In this document: positions 7,139 through 13,643 of the stretch, in pieces
Layout of the letters: each line of letters begins with the position of its first letter
How positions within the stretch are numbered: position 1 is the stretch's first letter
IMG/VR virus record: IMGVR_UViG_3300014201_000022
Coordinates: 1-30,598 of that record
Strand: one strand, 5' to 3'
DNA length: 30,598 nt
Source: a virus
Lineage: Duplodnaviria > Caudoviricetes
The notes under the pieces: generated by a model
Told to the model about the DNA's origin: nothing
What the model saw: the letters and a program-made list of their open reading frames with translations, nothing else
The model's database searches: none
Made by a program: the position numbers and the translations under genes

Positions 7139-9501
7139 GTACTCGCCACGGTTATCGGCGTGAGAATTGTCGATTCCATTGAAAGCATACCCGTGATGGA
7201 CTGATCGAGTGCCTGGTACGGAATTATTGTGAACGTTTGCGAAAAATCATCCCAGGAATAGGACCCGACACAGAATTGGATGGGGGTACCCGGCACCAGT
7301 TCCCCTCCATATCCAAAGTCGGTAAGCACCAGCCGTACGACAGATCCGGCCTGGTCAGAGCCGGGATCGATCGGAACTCCACCCATATTCATGAGCGCGC
7401 CATAATTACCGACGAAGGGTCCTGCAAATGAAGCTCTCTGATATACCTGCAAAATAGCCTGGCCGACTTCCTGCGCCTGGGCCTGTGTCAGGATTCCGGC
7501 ATCGGAGAGGTCAATGAAGGTCTCGATTACCTGGTGCATCGCCACCGACGCCGCGTTCTGGACTGATGTGGTCCCGTAGGTGGCCGGCACTGACACGCTG
7601 CTGCCGTCGCCGCTCGTCGTGGTCGTGTCGGCGGTGAGCTGATAGCGGATCCAGATCGTGTTGATGTCCCCCCCGAGCGTCCGCGGCACCGGGGTTGTGC
7701 AGATGAGCAGCCGGTTGGGCACCGTGGGCAGCGGGAAGACGGACAGGTCGTCGCCGATGACGCCGCCCGGCTGGCTGTTGACGTACCAGGTCAGCCCGCC
7801 CCTGGTTGTGAGCAGGGTGAGCAGCGCCGTGATGGTCGAGGCGCCACTATCCACTGCCTGCCCGAACCATGCCCCGGCTGGCTGGCCAACGCCGGGATTC
7901 ACCCACGGCAGCCCCCTGGCTATGGCCCCGTTGATGCTCTCGTCCGGTTGCCCCGCCGGCCACGTGTCGGTGTAGATGGCGAGGAAGTCGGCGCCGCGCA
8001 TCCCGTTGCCGACCGCCGTGAAATTCCACCCCGACGACGCCACGGGCACGGGCTCGTCCATCCTCCCGCTCCAGACCACGTGCCCGCCGCGCCAGACCCG
8101 CACCTGCCAGCCGGGACTGAACGCCTGGTTGCGGTAGGAGGCCGGGACCATCACGGTGCAGGTCATGGAGTCGCACCCGCCGGGGCAGGTGAAGCTGTAG
8201 ACGAGGGCGGTGACCTGCCCTATGCTGCCGAGCCAGACCCACTGGCTGGTGCCGGGCGGGGCGACCGCGACCTGGCTGGTGCCGGGCATGGCCGCCGGGC
8301 GGGCGGCGCCGCCGGACGCGCCGATGGCCGGTTCCTGGCCTACCGCGTCGGCGGCGGCGGCCTTGTCGGCGAACGCCACGGCGACGGTCGCGGCGATCTT
8401 GTCGGCGGCCCCGCCGGCGTCGGACTGGGTGAGCCCGGTGGTCTGGGAGGCGTCGGCGGCTGCCGCGAAGTCGGACGTGACGAGCTGGACGGCGGCCACG
8501 TTGCCGCCCAGGTCGGTGGCGGCCCCGGACGGGTCGGACAGCGACGCGGCGACCGCGGTGACCGTCATCGCGTCCGTGGCGCCTGCCTGGTCCTGCGGCA
8601 TGATCCCGCCGCTGCTGAAGTCCGCGGCACCCCCGGCGTCGGCCAGGGAGACGGTGACCGTGCCCGCCGTCATCGACTCGATCGCACCCGCCGTGTCGGC
8701 TGGCATGGCGCTGCCCTGCGGGACGGTGAAGACCTGCGCCCGGACCGGGGGCGGAGGCGGGCCGGGAGCGCGGCGCGGGGCGGTGATGACGGCGGGCGGG
8801 ATGGCGGTGATCTGGGCGGTCACCTGGTCGGCGGCGCCTGCTGCGTCGGCCAGGGCGGGGGTGGCCGCCGCGGTGTAGGTCAGGACGATCTGGCCGCCGG
8901 CCCCGCTGCCGCCGGCGGTGCTGCCGGAATGCTCCCCTTCCCCGCCGCCGCCGCCGCCGCCGGGCGCTGTCCCCGCGGCCCCGTTACCGCCGCTGCCCCC
9001 CGCGCCGCCGTTCCCGCCGCCGGACGGCGCGGTCCCCCCTGACCCTGCCGTGGGCACCCCGCCGGTACCGCCGGTACCGCCGACGGCGCCGGTTCCCGCC
9101 GAGCTTCCGCCGCCGCCGCCGCCGGCGATGGAGGATGTGCCGGACGTCGAGGCCCCGGAACCGCCGGAACCGCCGCTGTAGTGCGTCGCGTTGGTGCTGC
9201 CGCTTCCCCCGCCCACCCCCGAGTGCGCGGTCACCGCCTGGGAGTCCCCGGTGAACACCGTGTTCGTCCCGGTCCCGCCGGACCCGATGGTGAAGGCGTA
9301 GGTGCTGCCGGGGGTGACCGCGACGGTCAGTTCCTGCGCGAACTCCCCGCCGGTCCCTCCCGTCCCGCCCGTGTGCGGGGTACCCGCGCTCCCGTTCGCG
9401 CCGTTCGCGCCCTCGCCCCAGTTCTGCACCTGCACCGACGTGACGCCTGCCGGGCAGGTCCACGGGCTGGTGCTGCCGGGGCCGAGAACTACGGTGGTCA
9501 T
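7135..9501 (-). CDS. Minor tail protein: glycine-rich N-domain, repeat stalk, hub/Tal-like C-domain (788 aa)
   Basis: N-terminal WTCPAGVTSVQVQNWG...GQIVLTY glycine-rich domain; DxxGAxD repeats; C-terminal VRVWRGGHVVWSGRMD motif typical of tail hub proteins; second large gene after the tape measure. Confidence 0.75.
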   Translation of the reverse strand: MTTVVLGPGSTSPWTCPAGVTSVQVQNWGEGANGANGSAGTPHTGGTGGTGGEFAQELTVAVTPGSTYAFTIGSGGTGTNTVFTGDSQAVTAHSGVGGGSGSTNATHYSGGSGGSGASTSGTSSIAGGGGGGSSAGTGAVGGTGGTGGVPTAGSGGTAPSGGGNGGAGGSGGNGAAGTAPGGGGGGGEGEHSGSTAGGSGAGGQIVLTYTAAATPALADAAGAADQVTAQITAIPPAVITAPRRAPGPPPPPVRAQVFTVPQGSAMPADTAGAIESMTAGTVTVSLADAGGAADFSSGGIMPQDQAGATDAMTVTAVAASLSDPSGAATDLGGNVAAVQLVTSDFAAAADASQTTGLTQSDAGGAADKIAATVAVAFADKAAAADAVGQEPAIGASGGAARPAAMPGTSQVAVAPPGTSQWVWLGSIGQVTALVYSFTCPGGCDSMTCTVMVPASYRNQAFSPGWQVRVWRGGHVVWSGRMDEPVPVASSGWNFTAVGNGMRGADFLAIYTDTWPAGQPDESINGAIARGLPWVNPGVGQPAGAWFGQAVDSGASTITALLTLLTTRGGLTWYVNSQPGGVIGDDLSVFPLPTVPNRLLICTTPVPRTLGGDINTIWIRYQLTADTTTTSGDGSSVSVPATYGTTSVQNAASVAMHQVIETFIDLSDAGILTQAQAQEVGQAILQVYQRASFAGPFVGNYGALMNMGGVPIDPGSDQAGSVVRLVLTDFGYGGELVPGTPIQFCVGSYSWDDFSQTFTIIPYQALDQSITGMLSMESTILTPITVAST

Positions 9502-9502
9502 G

Positions 9503-10009
9503 TCAGGTGAGGATTCCCGCCGACTTCAGCGTGGTCTTCAGCGCGTTGTGGTCGGCGACGAGCTGATTGTGGTCGCTGCTGACGTTGTTGAGCTGCGGGA
9601 CCGTGTTGCTGTAGGAGGACTGGATGGCGTTGAACGCGCCGAACACGACGTTGATGGTGGCCTGCACCTCGGAGTACCACGCGGCGTTCGCCCCGCCCGG
9701 CGCGGTGCCGACCGTGTTCTGCCCGGCGACGCTGTAGCTGCTGTTGCCCGCGTTGGCGATCCCGCCGCTGGCGCTGGTGCCCGGGGTGGGCTGCGGCGAC
9801 GGGATGCGCGGCACCAGGGCGGCCACCCGGTCCTCGAGGGCGCGGGTCTTCGGGGTGTTCGCGGTCGACGCCGTGGCGATGGTGGCGATCAGCACCCACA
9901 GCAGCTTGGTTACCTCGTCCTGCCTGCGCAGCGCGCGTCCGGCCAGCCACACGGCGGCCAGGGCTAGGAGGGCAAGGGCGAGATTTCTTAGAGTGTGCTT
10001 TCGAGTCAT
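9503..10009 (-). CDS. Hypothetical virion protein with hydrophobic N-terminus and head-fibre-like C-terminal helix (168 aa)
   Basis: ATG at 10009 lies just after the upstream stop at 10018. C-terminus LVADHNALKTTLKSAGILT resembles the phage head-fibre terminal motif. Confidence 0.6.
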   Translation of the reverse strand: MTRKHTLRNLALALLALAAVWLAGRALRRQDEVTKLLWVLIATIATASTANTPKTRALEDRVAALVPRIPSPQPTPGTSASGGIANAGNSSYSVAGQNTVGTAPGGANAAWYSEVQATINVVFGAFNAIQSSYSNTVPQLNNVSSDHNQLVADHNALKTTLKSAGILT

Positions 10010-10017
10010 AGGGGCGC

Positions 10018-13000
10018 TCACTGGAATCTGTCGAAAAACCATCTGGGGAAAAATGAGCAGGCCACGGCCGGTGCAACGCCGTCCGCGCTGTAGCAGAACA
10101 GGATGTTGTCGGCGTCGCTGGGCTCGATCGACATCGGCGGTCCGGAGATAACGGCGTTGTTGGTGACCGACACGGCACCGGGGCGGCCGATCTGGCTGCC
10201 CATGATGGCCCCGACCGTCACGATGGGGTCGGGCTCATCCACGTAGTAGGACAGGTAGGCCGATGCGCTCGCGGGCTGGTTGATGACGACCGTCGACCCC
10301 TGGGTGTCCAGGAAGATGCAGTCATACCACCTGTCACTCGTGTTGGTGTCGGTGACGGAGACGGAGAAGTACCCGGCGGTGTTGTCGGCGGCGAGGTTCT
10401 GGATCGGCAGGGTCAGCACCCCGGCGGTCAGGATCCCGTTGACGACCTGGCTGGGCGTGACCGTGACCGGGATGGTGGAGACGGTGTAGGTGGCGCCGCC
10501 GCCGTACTCGCACTGGGTGACCGTGACGGTGATCGTCCGGCTCCCGGTGCCGGACCAGGAGGCGTTGACCAGGTAGACGGTGTAGGTGCCCTGGAAGTCG
10601 GCCTGCACCCCGCCGGCGAGCTGCGGCATGGTGTACTGGGTGCCGCCGTTGGGCACGTCGTTCCCGGCCCCGACCGACACGAGCGGCTGGAAGCTCTTGG
10701 GTGCCCCGAGCGGGGGCCGGTGGGCGATGAGGGTCCGGAACGGCGCCGCCGCGTACGGGGTGACCTTGATCTGCCCGGCTGCCCCGGCGCCGCCCTGCAC
10801 GGTGCTGCCGCCGCTGTCGGCCCCTCCGCCGCCGCCTCCGGGTGCTGAGCCGGGTGATCCGGCGGTGCCCGCCGTGCCGCCTCCCGCCCCGCCAGCGCCT
10901 CCGGTGCCGACTGCGGCGCCGCCGGCGGTGGTGGGCGCCCCGGTGGACGCCGGGTAGGTGAGCCGGACCTGCCCCGGTGCTCCCGCTCCCGCCGCGTACC
11001 CGGCCTGGTAGGTGCCGCCGCCGCCGCCGCCCGGCCCGGTGCCCGCCTGCCCGGCGCCGGACTGCGCCCCGGACCCGCTGCCGCCCTGACCGCCGCCCGG
11101 CGGGGGGACCGCGCCTCCCGGGCTGCCGCCCGCGTTGCCCTGGCCGCCCGGCCCGGCGCTGGATCCGCCGCCCCCGGTGAACGGGTAGGCCGGGCCGCCC
11201 TGCCCGCCGCTGAACCCGGTGGTCCCGGTGCCGCCCTGGCCGCCGGCCCCGCCGCCGGACCGGCCCCAGTACTCGCCCAGGCCGCCCTGCCCCGGCTGGG
11301 CGATCACCTGGTACCCGCTGTTGCCCGTGAACGACGACAGGCCGCCTGCTGACCCGTTCTGGCCGCCCCCGCCGGACCCGCTGCCGCCCGCCCCGGCCGC
11401 GCCGACGACGACCGCGTACTGGGTGCCGGGGGTCACCGGGACGTAGGCGTTGCGGTACTCCCCGCCGCCGCCCGCCGCGCCCTGCCCGTACCCGAATCCC
11501 GTGCCGCAGCCGCCCCCGCCGCCGGCGCCCCACGTCTCGGCGAGCACCTGGTACACCCCGGCCGGGCAGGTCCACAGGAACGACCCGGCCGCCGCGTAGG
11601 TGACCGCCCCGGTGCCGACCCCGGCCAGCCCCGGGCCCGTCGCGCTGCCCGCCGACCCGCCGCCGCCGCCGATCGTCCCCGCCGGGTTGGCCCGCCCCGC
11701 CCCGCCCGGGTTCTCCGCCAGGTTCCCCGACCCGCTCGCCCCCGGGATCCCTGCTGCTGAGTTCTCCGCCGCGCTGGCCCCGCCGTTCGCTACCACCTGC
11801 AGCGGGCCGGACGGCCCCGGCCCGAAGATGCTGGCAAGCCCCGGGGTGGGGGACGCGCCCGCCTGCCCGCCCGCCCCGACCACGTAGGGGATCTGCTGCC
11901 CGGCCGACGCGGTGAACACCGGCTCGGCCGCGTACTCCGCCCCCGCCCCGCCCGGTCCCACCCCGGCGGCGGTCATCGTCGCCCCGGCCCCGCCGCCCCC
12001 GGTGCACTCGGCCTTCAGGAACGCGGTCCCCCCCGGCACGGTGTACGTCCCGGGCCCCGCCGTGCTCAGCACCGTCGGCGATCCCGCGGACGGCGGCTGC
12101 TGGAACGTCAGCGAGATCGGCGCCCTGGCGGTTCCCTGCAGCCCCGTCAGGGTGTAGACGTACCCGCGGGTGACCGGCGCCGCCTGGATGGACGGCGGGA
12201 CCGCCTGCAGGTGGTCCAGGTAGCACGTCACCCACCCCAGCCGCGGCACCGGGTGCATCCGGTTGGTGATCGTCATCGTGTACGAGGCGACCGCGGAGTA
12301 GTTGAAGAACGGGCTGCCCTGCGGGATCGGGATCGTGACCCGGGAGAACACGGGGGCCTGCGCGACGGGACTCACCGGCAGCACCACCCGGGACCGGGAG
12401 AATGACAGGGTGCTCCCGGCGATGTCCGTCAGCGTCACGGAGAACCGCACCCCGTGGGTCCGGCCCCGGTACTCCAGGTTGTCGTAGTACCTGCTGCCGA
12501 GCCCCACCCAGTGCTCCAGCGCCGGCAGCCCGGTCAGGTTCACCGGGGCGGTGAACGTCACCGGCCCGTACGCGAACGGGGTATTCTGCCCGCCCGGGTC
12601 GCCGACCAGCGGGGAGTCCGGATCCCAGCAGGCCGTGTAGGGGCCGATGATGCACTGGGTGGCCTGGGAGCACTGCGGGCTGGCGATCGAGGAGTAGGTG
12701 TCCAGCACGACCCCCGCCGGCGGGGGCGGGGGGCCGGCGGGCACCGGGGAGGCGAACGCGATCTGCTGCTGCACGTCGGACCGGCCGTACGGCATCGCCG
12801 GGATCGTCAGGGTTATCTGGGCATATTGCAATTGCTTTTCGAGCCACGTCGAGAACACGGGTACGCTCGGCTGTGCCCGGTAGCAGTCGAGGATCATCGG
12901 CAGCGGCGTCCCGCCCGGCCCGGGGTCACGGGTCCACGTGATCGTGAACTGGTCCTGGTCGACGGTCTGCTCGAGCACTTCCCTCGCCGCCGCGAGCAGC

Positions 13001-13641
13001 TGGCGGGTCGGGGCGTAGATCCAGATCGGCAGCTTGATCGTCCGGTTGGATGCCCGGCGCCCGAACGGCCGCTCCCCGTCCAGCACCAGGCTGTTGCCAG
13101 TCAGGCAGGGCACCCGGCCGGGCTGCCGCATCGTCCAGGTGCCGTTCCCGGTGGTGACGCACCACGCAGGGCTGTGCCGCGCCGGGACTACGGTGACGCC
13201 GGATTCAGCCCAGCCGTCGCCAAGCATGATCTTGCTGTCGGCACTGAGCTGGTCGGTGCGGGCAAACCCTCCATCGGCCAGCAGCCAGCGGTGGCCAGCG
13301 GTGGCCTCGGCGTGCCAGCGGCCATTACCGATCCGGAACATCGGTGCGTCGGCATAGTGGTGGACGGCCAGTACCGGCGTCCATTCCGCCCGGCCCAGTG
13401 CCTGATTCCAGCCGGGTGTCTGGTCACCAGGCCGGACCTGGTTGCAGGCCAGCCATCCGCGAGAAGTCAGGATGGCGGTGTCGGGCGGTACGCAGGCGAT
13501 GAAGTCGGCGGTCGGCTGCGGGGCTCCCGGATCAGCCCCTTGCTGCAATGAAAAAATCGCGCCCGCGCATAGCGGATCCGTGCTGACGGCCCGGCCGCCG
13601 AGAAGCTCGACTTGATTGCCCAGTATGAGGGAGTCGACCAT
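10018..13641 (-). CDS. Distal tail (Dit)-like protein with glycine-rich insertions, intein-containing (about 1207 aa precursor)
   Basis: Immediately after the tape measure gene; GGAGG RBS before ATG 13641. With the intein removed it reads ADFIA|SLVLDGERPFGRRASNRTIKLPIWI, a Dit-like N-terminus. Confidence 0.75.
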   Translation of the reverse strand: MVDSLILGNQVELLGGRAVSTDPLCAGAIFSLQQGADPGAPQPTADFIACVPPDTAILTSRGWLACNQVRPGDQTPGWNQALGRAEWTPVLAVHHYADAPMFRIGNGRWHAEATAGHRWLLADGGFARTDQLSADSKIMLGDGWAESGVTVVPARHSPAWCVTTGNGTWTMRQPGRVPCLTGNSLVLDGERPFGRRASNRTIKLPIWIYAPTRQLLAAAREVLEQTVDQDQFTITWTRDPGPGGTPLPMILDCYRAQPSVPVFSTWLEKQLQYAQITLTIPAMPYGRSDVQQQIAFASPVPAGPPPPPAGVVLDTYSSIASPQCSQATQCIIGPYTACWDPDSPLVGDPGGQNTPFAYGPVTFTAPVNLTGLPALEHWVGLGSRYYDNLEYRGRTHGVRFSVTLTDIAGSTLSFSRSRVVLPVSPVAQAPVFSRVTIPIPQGSPFFNYSAVASYTMTITNRMHPVPRLGWVTCYLDHLQAVPPSIQAAPVTRGYVYTLTGLQGTARAPISLTFQQPPSAGSPTVLSTAGPGTYTVPGGTAFLKAECTGGGGAGATMTAAGVGPGGAGAEYAAEPVFTASAGQQIPYVVGAGGQAGASPTPGLASIFGPGPSGPLQVVANGGASAAENSAAGIPGASGSGNLAENPGGAGRANPAGTIGGGGGSAGSATGPGLAGVGTGAVTYAAAGSFLWTCPAGVYQVLAETWGAGGGGGCGTGFGYGQGAAGGGGEYRNAYVPVTPGTQYAVVVGAAGAGGSGSGGGGQNGSAGGLSSFTGNSGYQVIAQPGQGGLGEYWGRSGGGAGGQGGTGTTGFSGGQGGPAYPFTGGGGSSAGPGGQGNAGGSPGGAVPPPGGGQGGSGSGAQSGAGQAGTGPGGGGGGTYQAGYAAGAGAPGQVRLTYPASTGAPTTAGGAAVGTGGAGGAGGGTAGTAGSPGSAPGGGGGGADSGGSTVQGGAGAAGQIKVTPYAAAPFRTLIAHRPPLGAPKSFQPLVSVGAGNDVPNGGTQYTMPQLAGGVQADFQGTYTVYLVNASWSGTGSRTITVTVTQCEYGGGATYTVSTIPVTVTPSQVVNGILTAGVLTLPIQNLAADNTAGYFSVSVTDTNTSDRWYDCIFLDTQGSTVVINQPASASAYLSYYVDEPDPIVTVGAIMGSQIGRPGAVSVTNNAVISGPPMSIEPSDADNILFCYSADGVAPAVACSFFPRWFFDRFQ
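13093..13494 (-). mobile_element. Mini-intein (134 aa, no endonuclease domain)
   Basis: Block A CVPPDTAILTSRGW; block B ATAGHRW (TxxH); block F PAWCVTTGNGTW; block G CLTGN followed by +1 Ser. In frame, 402 nt. Confidence 0.92.
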
Positions 13642-13643
13642 GG

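Noticed and set aside
1-9501. Diversity-generating retroelement or invertible tail-fibre cassette
   Set aside because: No reverse transcriptase or invertase and no near-identical template/variable repeat pair seen by eye; a self dot-plot would be needed to exclude it fully.
8890-12010. Dense GCC/CCG short repeats as a possible CRISPR or satellite array
   Set aside because: They are glycine codon runs; there is no constant repeat with unique spacers and no cas gene.
10334-12847. 837-aa alternative-frame minus-strand ORF inside the Dit-like gene
   Set aside because: R/G/P-rich off-frame reading of glycine codons; no domain signal.
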